A stretch of DNA of 64,000 bases from Methanobacteriota archaeon (GCA_018650165.1 JABIGM010000050.1:46119-110118); one strand, 5' to 3'; shown: positions 1-9,252, counted from the stretch's first letter. Made by a program: numbers and translations. Notes: a model not told the origin generated them from the letters alone.

Positions 1-959
1 TCACTCTCTTTGGAGAGTCTCATGGCCCCGCAGTAGGCGCACTTATAGAAGGAATGCCACCAAATATCGAACTTGATTTAGAACAATTAATCGACGACAT
101 GGTGTCGCGTAGACCTGGTTCAGGTCTTGCAAGCAAAAGGAAAGAAACCGACGATGTTGAAATTATGTCAGGTGTCCATGCTGGTAAGACCACAGGGATG
201 CCAATTCTCTTATTGATAAAGAATGAAGATGTTCGCTCTAAGGATTATTCATTTTTACCTTATCAACCACGTCCGGGACATGTTGATCATCCAATTAATG
301 TCAAGACCGAAGGTGCTGCAGATTTACGAGGTGGTGGCTCTTTTTCTGCTAGGCTAACAGCCGGGCTTGTCGCAGCATCGTCAATTTCTAGAAAAGTAAT
401 TCCAGATGAATGGGTTGTTGAAGCAACTATAGGTGCACTAGGTGGTAAAGAAGGTGAAGATGGTATTGCACTTGCTGAACAAGCACGAAAAGAGGGAGAT
501 TCGCTTGGAAGTAGAGTCGATCTAGTAATTTCAGGTTTGCCAGTTGGTCTAGGAGAACCGTGGTTTGATGGCCTTGAACCCGCTTTAGCAAGAGCGTTGA
601 TGGCAATACCTGCTGCTAGAGCTGTTGAGTTTGGCAGAGGTGTTCGCGCAGGCGAAATGCGAGGGAGCCAGCACAATGACAAATGGGGTAAAGGCATGAC
701 TCTTTCAGAGGGCGCTGATGGTGCACTTGGAGGAATGGCTAGTGGAGCGCCGATTAGGGTAAGAATAACCTTCAAACCACCAAGCGGTATATCTTTGCCA
801 CAAAAAACATTCAATGAAATATCAGGAGTAATGGAGGAGTTAGCAATCAAAGGAAGGCATGACCCTGTCATCGCTCCACGCGCACGACCTGTTGTCGAAG
901 CAGTTGCACGACTTGTCATTGCAGATTTGGCGATTCGCGGAGGATATATCGATGAGTGA
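1..959 (+). CDS. aroC: Chorismate synthase. Partial at the 5' end: the reading frame is open to base 3 of the window.
   Basis: The frame continues upstream of the listed Met as 'TLFGESHGPAVGALIEGMPP', which matches the N-terminal FGESHG motif. Further motifs: 'RPGH.D', 'RGGGSFSARLTAGLVAA' (conserved GGGRSSARET-type loop), 'PSG'. Confidence 0.85.
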   Translation, partial: TLFGESHGPAVGALIEGMPPNIELDLEQLIDDMVSRRPGSGLASKRKETDDVEIMSGVHAGKTTGMPILLLIKNEDVRSKDYSFLPYQPRPGHVDHPINVKTEGAADLRGGGSFSARLTAGLVAASSISRKVIPDEWVVEATIGALGGKEGEDGIALAEQARKEGDSLGSRVDLVISGLPVGLGEPWFDGLEPALARALMAIPAARAVEFGRGVRAGEMRGSQHNDKWGKGMTLSEGADGALGGMASGAPIRVRITFKPPSGISLPQKTFNEISGVMEELAIKGRHDPVIAPRARPVVEAVARLVIADLAIRGGYIDE

Positions 960-2196
960 TATTGTAGTTCACAAATTTGGCGGTTCCTGTCTTCGAGAAG
1001 GCAGTGATATCGACAGAATTGCTGAAATTATACAAAAAACACCAGGTAAGCCATTGATAGTAGTATCTGCCCTCTGGGGAATGACTGACCGGCTATACAG
1101 GGCAGCCAGAGAACCTCATTATGCTGGACGATTAGTTCAGGATGTCACATCTCAGCACCTACTGTTTGCACCAGGGCTAGATTCCGGCGATTTCAGTCAA
1201 TTATTCAACCAAGTAATTTCTGGTATTTCTATGGAATTGGTTAAATTATCAGGTGGTGAACCATCATTACGATCTGAAAATTTAATTTTAGCCGCAGGAG
1301 AAAGACTGAGCGCCCTTGCTGTTGCACATCGACTACGTTCGATGGGAATGAATGCTCATCCTGTTGGTGCAGAAGATATTGGGTTAAAACTCAAAGGAAC
1401 TGGACGTGCAAGTCAGATTGATATTGAAGCGTCATCCCAGAGTTTAAAGCGCGGGAATTTGATTGGCATTCCAATACTAACTGGATGGTTTGGTGAAGGG
1501 TCGGATGGTGATATTGCGATACTCTCAAGAGGAGGATCGGACCATTCTGCTGCTGCTTTTGCAAATTTAATGAATGCAAAGAAATTGATTCTTTGGAAAG
1601 ATATTGATGGAATAAAACAATTGAATCCAAGATGGGGAATCGATACTCCAGCGATACCTTACCTCGGCTATGGGCAAGCCGCTGAATTATCGATACATGG
1701 CACACCTGTGATTCACCCAGCGACAGTCACTCCACTCATTGAACAAGGAATTCCTCTTGAGGTTCGCAACATAAATGCTCCATTCGTAAAGGCACCTACA
1801 GTAATTGGACCGGACATCACCCCTTCATCTGCAATTGCAATTGGTTGTCATCCAGGCGTAGCAGTAATAACGCAAAGGAATTCAATCAATAGCGAATTAT
1901 TGGCCCGATTGGAACAGGCTGATGTTCACCCGTGGTTGATGAACTCAACACCAGAGGAAATGCGGATGATCATCCCTACGCATGAAATAAAGCATATCTC
2001 TGATTTGATAGAGGGCAGCATTGAGTACAAAACTGCAGTCATATCGATAATTGGTAGTTTTGATTATACCTCGATTGATTATGAGGTTGTATCTACTAAC
2101 GAATATGGAACTCGATATATCATAGAAACAAAGGACTTACATCAAGCCCTACGTAACTTGTATCAGTCCTTGTTTTCTCTCCAAGATTGCAAGTGA
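952..2196 (+). CDS. Aspartate kinase-like amino-acid kinase. The likely start is the internal Met 'MSDIVVHKFGG'. The track ORF begins at 859 and overlaps aroC.
   Basis: 'VHKFGGSCL...LIVVSALWGMTDRL' is the amino-acid-kinase N-terminal glycine loop plus the VVSA.G.TD motif. The C-terminal half is regulatory-like. The 8-bp overlap with the aroC stop suggests coupling. Confidence 0.6.
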   Translation: MSDIVVHKFGGSCLREGSDIDRIAEIIQKTPGKPLIVVSALWGMTDRLYRAAREPHYAGRLVQDVTSQHLLFAPGLDSGDFSQLFNQVISGISMELVKLSGGEPSLRSENLILAAGERLSALAVAHRLRSMGMNAHPVGAEDIGLKLKGTGRASQIDIEASSQSLKRGNLIGIPILTGWFGEGSDGDIAILSRGGSDHSAAAFANLMNAKKLILWKDIDGIKQLNPRWGIDTPAIPYLGYGQAAELSIHGTPVIHPATVTPLIEQGIPLEVRNINAPFVKAPTVIGPDITPSSAIAIGCHPGVAVITQRNSINSELLARLEQADVHPWLMNSTPEEMRMIIPTHEIKHISDLIEGSIEYKTAVISIIGSFDYTSIDYEVVSTNEYGTRYIIETKDLHQALRNLYQSLFSLQDCK

Positions 2197-3083
2197 GTTG
2201 GAAGGTCTAAGATGAAAAGACCGCCAACGATTATGAATACAAAGAGAGTACCTAGTGCCACTCCATAAACCGAAATCAATTCTACTGATTCTTCCATTCG
2301 AAGGGCGGTTTGTTCCGAGAATAGGCTAATGAAGGCTGGTAGAATTGTATTTACTGAAAGTACCAGCATTGCAAGCGTTCCAGCAATTAGTGGATTGATA
2401 ACTAATGAACGGTGGTATTTACCAATAATTTTCTTGACATTCATGACATAAACTTCACGGGTTCTGATAGAAGTATCAAGCATACTGAATCGGAGTACAC
2501 CATTAGATAGTTCGAAATACATTACAAGGAGGACGGCATAGATTACCACAAGAATAGTTAGCATCAATTCACTTTCCATAAATGCTTCACCAAACAAGTC
2601 TTGTGAAAATGAAACCTTTGAAGATGCAAATCTCATTACAGATAGGATGAATAAAACATAAGATACTAACAAGAATCTAGCATCTCTGAACATTGTGCCC
2701 CAGAATCCAGTTCCTACTGCACAGACTACAACCATTATTTGGAGTATACTTGCTACTGTCATTGAGCCTGTTACTGTAAACCAAATAGTTCCGACTGCAG
2801 GTGTAACGATGTAAGTTAGAATACCCAATGCGATGAGAACGCCATAGCACCCAAGTTGAAGGTTTTGCACCATCTTATCCGCAGGTAAGAATTTCATTTT
2901 TGGGACTAGGGGGCCACCCAATAAGCTCTCAATGAAAGTAGGAATCTCGACTGTTGGAATTGCATCCTTCGGGATTTCTCCTGAAGAAGAAGAGGTTCCT
3001 GCAAGCTTCTTTCTAGAAGGTGCAGAAGAGCGGACGGTTTTTCCGTCATATAGATGGGCTGTGTCACCGGACTTTGTCGCCAT
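2163..3083 (-). CDS. Polytopic membrane protein, the last gene of the MoxR operon.
   Basis: About 7 hydrophobic helices after a soluble N-terminal 60 aa. It sits directly downstream of the DUF58 gene with a 12-bp gap. Confidence 0.5.
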   Translation of the reverse strand: MATKSGDTAHLYDGKTVRSSAPSRKKLAGTSSSSGEIPKDAIPTVEIPTFIESLLGGPLVPKMKFLPADKMVQNLQLGCYGVLIALGILTYIVTPAVGTIWFTVTGSMTVASILQIMVVVCAVGTGFWGTMFRDARFLLVSYVLFILSVMRFASSKVSFSQDLFGEAFMESELMLTILVVIYAVLLVMYFELSNGVLRFSMLDTSIRTREVYVMNVKKIIGKYHRSLVINPLIAGTLAMLVLSVNTILPAFISLFSEQTALRMEESVELISVYGVALGTLFVFIIVGGLFILDLPTHLQSWRENKD

Positions 3084-3095
3084 AATATTCCCTCC

Positions 3096-4418
3096 TCAGA
3101 ATCCTCTTGCACCTGCTAGTGCGGTAGATAGAAGCATATCTGGCTCCCAATCCATGATGTTGACTCCCAAACTGCTCAGTTCGCTAATCAGTACATCTCT
3201 TTCGGTTTTCAGAACTTCATAACCAGTACGGTCGAGTCTCTTAGCATCGAATTCAAATTCGAGGCTTGAAGGTGAAAGTACAGTAACATCGAAATTACGA
3301 GCTCTGAAATCACGTAGTGCACTAATAATCGTAGGATCATCTTCTAAATTTGAAAGTACGATAATTGGACTTCCCTTATTGATATGCGGTAATATTCGGT
3401 TAACTACCACTTGAAGTGGTACGTTTCCACGAGCCATTGCGCCTGCTAATTTAGTTAGTATGACGTACAATTGTTTCTTACCAGTGTCACGGTCTACACT
3501 TACAACTTCATCACCGTAGGTGATAAGTCCAACCGAATCTCGTCGACCAAGGAAAAACTTAGCAAGACTAGCGGCCGCCCTTGTCGAGTAAACCAATGCA
3601 TTTCGTGAAACAGGACCTGTTTCGGAAACTGCACGTGAATCCACAATCAGAATGATATCACTGACTGCATCTCTCTCACGCTCATTGACCATTAATTTAC
3701 CACTACGGGCATATGCAGACCAGTTAATCGCTCGGAATGAATCTCCTTCGAAATACTCACGGAGTGAGTAAAACTCGGAACCAGGTCCTGGTTGACGGAT
3801 ATTTACCGCACCTGTGAAAATTTTCGGAACACGTGATTTGACGAATGTATCTTTCAATTCTTCCATCTTCGGGAACACAAGGAAGTCGTTGTAGACATGC
3901 AGCTCTTTTTCCTTGTGGAATAACCCGAATGGGTCTTGAACACGGACAGCAACCGGGCCAAGGCTGTAGAATCCTCTCAAGGGGCATTCGACTGTGTATT
4001 CGATGAAGGTTTCACGGCGTGGACCAAGTTCCATTAAGATGTAATTTGCACCATCTTTGATGCGCATTACTTCAGGTACTCGGTCACGTACTTCCAGAAT
4101 CTTTCCTAGTGCAGAGTGATTTTGCATACGCAAAGTCACTCCAACTTCACCATCTTCGAAAATTCGGGCACTAGAGAGTTTGCGCATTGCAGAGACATTA
4201 GAAAGAGCAACTCCTTCTTCACCTGTCCATTCATCAGCACGACGACCACTTGCAGATACATCTGCGTGGCTGCCGAATAATGCGGCCCATGTAAGGAATA
4301 CAAAGATTACCACAGCAATGGTAACCAGTTGAGAATTCCTCAAGGTTAGACCTAGCAAATACATTGCTACTGCCAGGGATCCCAGCATTGCACTCTTACG
4401 ACTCCACATGCTACGCAC
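3096..4418 (-). CDS. DUF58 family protein (VWA-like MoxR partner) with an N-terminal TM hairpin.
   Basis: Two N-terminal TM helices, then the DUF58 signature region 'YSLREYFEGDSFRAINWSAYARSGKLMVNERE'. It lies immediately downstream of MoxR. Confidence 0.7.
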   Translation of the reverse strand: MRSMWSRKSAMLGSLAVAMYLLGLTLRNSQLVTIAVVIFVFLTWAALFGSHADVSASGRRADEWTGEEGVALSNVSAMRKLSSARIFEDGEVGVTLRMQNHSALGKILEVRDRVPEVMRIKDGANYILMELGPRRETFIEYTVECPLRGFYSLGPVAVRVQDPFGLFHKEKELHVYNDFLVFPKMEELKDTFVKSRVPKIFTGAVNIRQPGPGSEFYSLREYFEGDSFRAINWSAYARSGKLMVNERERDAVSDIILIVDSRAVSETGPVSRNALVYSTRAAASLAKFFLGRRDSVGLITYGDEVVSVDRDTGKKQLYVILTKLAGAMARGNVPLQVVVNRILPHINKGSPIIVLSNLEDDPTIISALRDFRARNFDVTVLSPSSLEFEFDAKRLDRTGYEVLKTERDVLISELSSLGVNIMDWEPDMLLSTALAGARGF

Positions 4419-4445
4419 TCTCTCTATTTCCGATCATTAATTTAA

Positions 4446-5621
4446 TCAAACGGTTGGTACAGGTACTTCGCGTAAGATTGCTTGGATAACTTCACCAGGT
4501 TCTAGACCTTTGATCTGGTGTTCAGGCTTCAAGATAATTCTGTGTGCTAGAGCTAATTCTGCAACGGTCTTAATGTCATCAGGAGTGATGAAATCGCGAC
4601 CACGTAGAGCTGCTGCTGCGCGTGAAGTCTTCAGGAGAGCCTGAGAACCACGAGGTGAAGCGCCGACTAGAACACGAGGATCTTCACGGGTTCTTGTTAC
4701 AACTTCAACCATGTACATGCGTAGAGCTGGGTCGACATAAATGTCTTCACATGCTTGTTGCATAGCGATAACACGCTGTGGGTCTGTGATAACATCGACA
4801 TCGACGGCATCCTTTCCACGTTCAATACGACGGCGCAGAATTTCATCTTCATCTGCACGATCTGGGTAACCTACGCTCATCTTGAACAGGAAACGGTCAA
4901 GTTGTGCTTCAGGTAGTGGGTATGTTCCTTCTTGTTCGACAGGGTTTTGTGTTGCCATAACAATAAATGGCGCTGGGAGTTTGTGAGTGACTGTACCGAT
5001 AGTCACCTGCTTCTCTTGCATAGCCTCAAGCAAAGCAGCTTGAGTCTTTGGAGGAGCACGGTTAATCTCGTCAGCTAGTAGCAGGTTACAAAATAGTGGA
5101 CCTGGTTTGAAGGTAAATTCTCCCTTCTTAGCATCGTAGATGTTTGTACCGGTAATGTCTGCTGGTAGCAAATCCGGAGTAAACTGCACACGCTTGAAGT
5201 CACAACCTAACGCATCTGCGAAAGTATTGGTCATCAAAGTCTTAGCAAGTCCTGGATAATCTTCGAACAGTAGGTTACCGTTTGATAGAATATTGATCAG
5301 AACGTTGTCAATAACGTGTGCCTTACCGATAATTACCTTCTGGACTTCGGCGCTAATCGCTGACGATATCGCTCCGACGGCCTGAAGACGTTCACGGACC
5401 TCTGGGCTACTCTGGTGTTTAGGCTGTGCCTGTGCCGGGGCTGGTGCTGCGGGTGCAGGTGCTGCAGGGGCTGGGGCCGGTGCTGCTACTGGCATAGGTG
5501 CCGGTGCTGCAGGTGCAGGCGCTGGTGGCGCTGCTGGGGCCGGGGCCGGTGCTGGCGGTGCTGCTGGTGCAGGTGGTGCCGGCGCAGGGGGGGCTGCGGG
5601 TGGTGGTGGTGCTGGCTGCAT
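4446..5621 (-). CDS. MoxR-family AAA+ ATPase with a 65-aa N-terminal Pro/Ala low-complexity extension.
   Basis: 'VLLEDYPGLAKT', 'VQFTPDLLPADITG', 'LLADEINRAPPKTQAALLEAMQE', 'VMATQNP.E.EGTYPLPEAQLDRF' are the MoxR Walker A/B, sensor and arginine-finger regions. The N-terminus is (PA)n. Confidence 0.85.
   Translation of the reverse strand: MQPAPPPPAAPPAPAPPAPAAPPAPAPAPAAPPAPAPAAPAPMPVAAPAPAPAAPAPAAPAPAQAQPKHQSSPEVRERLQAVGAISSAISAEVQKVIIGKAHVIDNVLINILSNGNLLFEDYPGLAKTLMTNTFADALGCDFKRVQFTPDLLPADITGTNIYDAKKGEFTFKPGPLFCNLLLADEINRAPPKTQAALLEAMQEKQVTIGTVTHKLPAPFIVMATQNPVEQEGTYPLPEAQLDRFLFKMSVGYPDRADEDEILRRRIERGKDAVDVDVITDPQRVIAMQQACEDIYVDPALRMYMVEVVTRTREDPRVLVGASPRGSQALLKTSRAAAALRGRDFITPDDIKTVAELALAHRIILKPEHQIKGLEPGEVIQAILREVPVPTV
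5425..5620 (-). repeat. In-frame (PA)n / APAPAA coding low-complexity repeat at the MoxR N-terminus.
   Basis: DNA is GC-rich 'gctggggccggtgctgc' iterations. It translates to about 65 residues of Pro/Ala only. Confidence 0.8.
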
Positions 5622-5641
5622 GTCTTTTTTACCTCCTTAGG

Positions 5642-7222
5642 TTATTTCCCCCAAAGTCGAATTTGCTGCAAAATTTGCCTCAGTTCTTCGTTGGAGTATG
5701 AACGCTGTTGTGAATACAACAACTCAATCAGGCGTGGGTCCTTTACCATGGACTGGATTTCACCTGGTGTTTTCCTGGCCATTTCATCACGGGTCAGGTC
5801 GCTAACTTGGCGCACTTTGGCCATCATGGCCTCCCGCACGCGGGTAAGATATAGATTCGGATCTACTTTGTTTGGTCTTTCCCTGAATCTCGTAAGGTCG
5901 AATACATGGCGCCAATTTTCTTTCTCTGGAACCACCATAATTGCAATAGATAGCAAAGCCATCAGATTCAGTACAATCAACCACTTCAACAAGGTATCAC
6001 TTGTTAACATTACAATTGCACCCATCGCCTCTGTGAATGGAGATGAAATCGCTGAAGTTATGTGGCGTGATTCATCGAATACAATGTAGAAGTTTTTATT
6101 TTCACGAGTTATTGTCAACGAAATTTCGTCATTCTCGTGCTCCATCATATCCCTGATTAGTGTGACAAAATAATCTTTATTGCCTTTCCAATCAGTTTCG
6201 CTCCCATCTTGGGAAGAAAGTAATGATTCCCAGCATGACCTTCCGTCATAGTGGATTGAATCACATTGTTGCTTACCAGTAACTTCTGCATCTGCAATAT
6301 CCCAAAGATGGTTAGCAAATACGGAGTGGTCGGAAATGAATACAATACTTCCAGTTACATCGACTTCTCCTTCTCGAATACCCTTGACTTGGTCAATAGT
6401 TTCGATTCCAGGATAATCCATACGTACAATTAGCCCGGTGTTATTACCTCCGAGAATCGGATTGTCTTTGTCGTTTGCGTCCATGTTTTCTCTAGCTATG
6501 AAAGCAGAGCCTGAAGCATGAGCCAGTACCTTCACATTACGTGAACTATCTTCATTATCTAGAACCTGAATCGCAGTAGGCCTGTGGAAGAGAATCGGTA
6601 GCGCACAATCATCGAATTCACCTGCGTTTGAAAGGTTAGAATCGCTGCAGTACGGTCGCCTCTCATACTGGTCTTCCCATACTTTGTTTACTCCAGCAAC
6701 TGCCCATAACTTTCGTGCATCTGGCGCCTCTTGTACACCAGTTTGGCTAGCTACCTCGTAGTATCTGTTTGGATCGACGACTGGGGCATCAAAAAATTTC
6801 ACATCGAACTTATCTGCAACTGTTTGAGCATTGGTAGAGTTTGATGCGATTATGACCTTGCCACCGTTCTGAGTGACGAAATCATAAATTGCATCAGCTT
6901 CAGAATTATCAAATGGTTTCTCAGGTGCTGCAATGATTAGCATTGTGCGGTGAGGTTCCCTCCAATCATTCACCAACATTGGAGTAGACATTGTATTTGC
7001 AATAACATAATCCAGTCCGTCATCACCAAGATCTCCTCTCATGGTAGATATCTGCTGATACTGAAGATTAGTATCCTCACTATCTGTAACATAAGCAGAA
7101 TACACGGTCTCCTTACCAGAAGCTGTTACAATGATGACAGTTGTTGAAAGTAGCATGGCTGCGACGAAGCCAACTAGTAACCAAGTTTCTAACTTGACCC
7201 CTGTTGTCTCTTCATCAGCCAT
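5642..7222 (-). CDS. DUF4350-like bitopic membrane protein, the first gene of the MoxR operon.
   Basis: N-terminal TM, a roughly 400-aa extracytoplasmic domain, a C-terminal TM and a cytoplasmic tail. Its position and architecture match the DUF4350 partner in the conserved DUF4350-MoxR-DUF58-membrane gene order. The family assignment rests on context only. Confidence 0.4.
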   Translation of the reverse strand: MADEETTGVKLETWLLVGFVAAMLLSTTVIIVTASGKETVYSAYVTDSEDTNLQYQQISTMRGDLGDDGLDYVIANTMSTPMLVNDWREPHRTMLIIAAPEKPFDNSEADAIYDFVTQNGGKVIIASNSTNAQTVADKFDVKFFDAPVVDPNRYYEVASQTGVQEAPDARKLWAVAGVNKVWEDQYERRPYCSDSNLSNAGEFDDCALPILFHRPTAIQVLDNEDSSRNVKVLAHASGSAFIARENMDANDKDNPILGGNNTGLIVRMDYPGIETIDQVKGIREGEVDVTGSIVFISDHSVFANHLWDIADAEVTGKQQCDSIHYDGRSCWESLLSSQDGSETDWKGNKDYFVTLIRDMMEHENDEISLTITRENKNFYIVFDESRHITSAISSPFTEAMGAIVMLTSDTLLKWLIVLNLMALLSIAIMVVPEKENWRHVFDLTRFRERPNKVDPNLYLTRVREAMMAKVRQVSDLTRDEMARKTPGEIQSMVKDPRLIELLYSQQRSYSNEELRQILQQIRLWGK

Positions 7223-7376
7223 TTAGTGTCACCTCGAATTCGGCTACGAGCAAACGCAACATCTTTCGCAACTTCGGACCATTCATATAGATTCTCGTGG
7301 CTTGCTCAATAATAATATTGGAATATCATTCCCGATGAAGCGGTATCATTCCCTATTTGAGCACAAATAACGCCGA

Positions 7377-8303
7377 TTAACGACGAATTGTGGCAGCAAA
7401 CATTACCGTTAAAATACAAATAAAGGCTGAAATTGCAGGAAGTGAATTTTCTTTAACTTCAAAATCAGAAGAGTCCGTACTATCATTTCCTTCATCTTCT
7501 TCTTTGACCAAAACGTCTGGCGCATCAACATTAAATTCCAATTCACCCTCATACGAGATGCCGTTTCCTTCACTGGTAATAGTTACAATAAATTTGCAGG
7601 TTTTATCTGGGTGGCTAGAAGGAGCAAGTAATTTGACTGTACCTGCTTTGCTAACAGATATCGCTTCGCCTGTGTTCAAGGCTGTTATTTGTTCAAAGTT
7701 CATCTGAGGGCAACCTTTGAACGAAAGCCCTATTTTCGTTAAAGCATCGTCTACATTACCAATATTTAGTACACGGATTGTTACTTCTTCATGGGTACCA
7801 GATTTTATTTCAGGCCCTTTACCATTAACCACTGGTTCAAATTCAATTTCAAATCCAAAGACTGATGAAAATTGAACTTGCTTTTCTATTTCTTTTTCAC
7901 CAATACTCTGATCTCCAAAGAGAAGGGTCGCTTTCAAAGTAACAATATCGTAATGAGACTGCCTCGCATCTATCAATTCGCCATTACTATTCAATCCACT
8001 TCCTGAGATCATTAATTCAAATGTCTCATTCGAGTTTGCCGAAACCGATACTTTCCCAGGGTCATCGACAATGAATAAATCATTGGTCTCTATTTCAAAA
8101 TCAAGGTCTGCAGGCACAGGCCGAGAATTGTCCACCCAGAATTTGATAACTAATTCAAAATTATAATTTGAATCTAATTCCATAATCATAGGTTCTTTAT
8201 CGCTATCCCATCCAATTTCCCAATCAGGGACACCTACATCTTGGGCACTTACAACAGGGCTGAGTATTGCCAATAGCAAAATAGATGAGATGATTTTCTT
8301 CAT
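7377..8303 (-). CDS. Secreted protein with a cleavable signal peptide and a C-terminal hydrophobic anchor plus RR. The likely start is 'MKKIISSILLLAILSPVVSA'; the track ORF extends to 8333.
   Basis: Signal peptide, then a beta-rich soluble domain, an acidic S/T/D linker, and 'LPAISAFICILTVMFAATIRR' at the C-terminus. It starts 4 nt after the CoxM stop. Confidence 0.5.
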   Translation of the reverse strand: MKKIISSILLLAILSPVVSAQDVGVPDWEIGWDSDKEPMIMELDSNYNFELVIKFWVDNSRPVPADLDFEIETNDLFIVDDPGKVSVSANSNETFELMISGSGLNSNGELIDARQSHYDIVTLKATLLFGDQSIGEKEIEKQVQFSSVFGFEIEFEPVVNGKGPEIKSGTHEEVTIRVLNIGNVDDALTKIGLSFKGCPQMNFEQITALNTGEAISVSKAGTVKLLAPSSHPDKTCKFIVTITSEGNGISYEGELEFNVDAPDVLVKEEDEGNDSTDSSDFEVKENSLPAISAFICILTVMFAATIRR

Positions 8304-8307
8304 TTTA

Positions 8308-9252
8308 TCACTCCTCACATGCTCTTTTGACAAGTATTTTGATCATATTTCTTCGATACCTTGGCGGTAAAGCAGTATTGTTAACCGGTTTCGTTGAATC
8401 GTAGATTGCATTACAAATTGCTTTAACATCGCCATTAGAGATTGCTACTTCCTCATCATGTCTGCGAGGAATACTTTCCAAAGCAGTTGTTGCAACTCTT
8501 AGTGTACTTCTGTCACCCTTCTTCCATGCGGCTGCTGCGCCAGCTTCTGGAAAATCCCATGACTCTCTAACTCGTAACTTGCGATAGGCTCCAATCCAGT
8601 CCTCTACATCATCGGGTAGAGTTACTTTCAGCATAAATTCACCAGGCTGCAGAATATTTCGCGTCATTCCATCTAGTTGATAGAACTCATTTACCAATAC
8701 ATTTCGAGGGCCATTTGGGCCAATCAGATGTGCTGTAGCATTCAAAACCATCAACGTTGGAGCGATATCTCCTTGGTAAGTAGCGACACACAACTCATTT
8801 TGGTTAGGAATCACTCGGCAATCAGAGCCTGTTCCACAATCACACTTGTGGCACCAATCAATACTACTTCGCCACTCTTCTGTTTGATTATACCAGAAAC
8901 ATCGAGTATCCAAGCAAAGATTTCCGCCAAGAGTGGCGTTTCTTCGAATTAGCGAGGAAGCCACTTTACTAGCGGCTTCCGCTACAAGTGGGTGAGCATT
9001 GCCACCTTCTGCGAGGTCATGTAATCGTGCCATACAGCCTATTTCGGTCAGAGAAATAGAATCGATTCCTGCGATTTTTGCGAGTGAAATCACATGAGGT
9101 TTAGTATTAATGTGCCATTTGTAATTTGGAATTAAATCGGTGCCTCCTGCGACCCAATCAAATTCTTCACCTGCTTCTAACAGTCCAGCGGCTATTACAC
9201 AGGCATCTTCCACAGATTGAGGATGGTGTAATTCAAACGGTGGCATCAGCAT
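8308..9252 (-). CDS. Molybdenum hydroxylase FAD-binding (medium, CoxM/XdhB-like) subunit with a Cys-rich insertion.
   Basis: 'FELHHPQSVEDA...AGGTDLIP' is the FAD-binding PCMH motif, and 'ATLGGNL' also matches. A 45-aa insert carries 7 Cys: 'CLDTRCFWYNQTEEWRSSIDWCHKCDCGTGSDCRVIPNQNELC'. Confidence 0.8.
   Translation of the reverse strand: MLMPPFELHHPQSVEDACVIAAGLLEAGEEFDWVAGGTDLIPNYKWHINTKPHVISLAKIAGIDSISLTEIGCMARLHDLAEGGNAHPLVAEAASKVASSLIRRNATLGGNLCLDTRCFWYNQTEEWRSSIDWCHKCDCGTGSDCRVIPNQNELCVATYQGDIAPTLMVLNATAHLIGPNGPRNVLVNEFYQLDGMTRNILQPGEFMLKVTLPDDVEDWIGAYRKLRVRESWDFPEAGAAAAWKKGDRSTLRVATTALESIPRRHDEEVAISNGDVKAICNAIYDSTKPVNNTALPPRYRRNMIKILVKRACEE

Noticed and set aside
287-919. A 210-aa minus-strand ORF inside aroC. 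Similar antisense ORFs occur inside coxL, the giant surface genes and the 1344-aa membrane gene (for example 10525..10833 and 19882..20121).
   Set aside because: Each is embedded in a strongly supported gene on the opposite strand or another frame, and each has a low-complexity or compositionally biased translation. They are six-frame artefacts.
859-951. The upstream Met start (859) for the aspartate-kinase-like gene, which would give a 31-aa N-terminal extension.
   Set aside because: The extension lies entirely within the aroC coding sequence and has no similarity to kinase N-termini. The family-typical N-terminus 'MSDIVVHKFGG' starts at 952.
5415-6089. A 224-aa plus-strand ORF with an extremely Cys/Arg/Trp-rich product ('CRGWCCGCRCCRGW...').
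   Set aside because: It is the antisense or out-of-frame reading of the GC-rich (PA)n repeat at the MoxR N-terminus and of the 3' end of the DUF4350-like gene. It has no independent start context and a composition-driven translation.
7223-7376. A possible tRNA or small RNA in the largest intergenic gap.
   Set aside because: There is no cloverleaf-compatible sequence (no GTTCRA T-loop, no acceptor-stem complementarity). The region is AT-rich ('caataataatattggaatatcatt') and more likely holds the promoter or BRE-TATA of the divergent MoxR operon.
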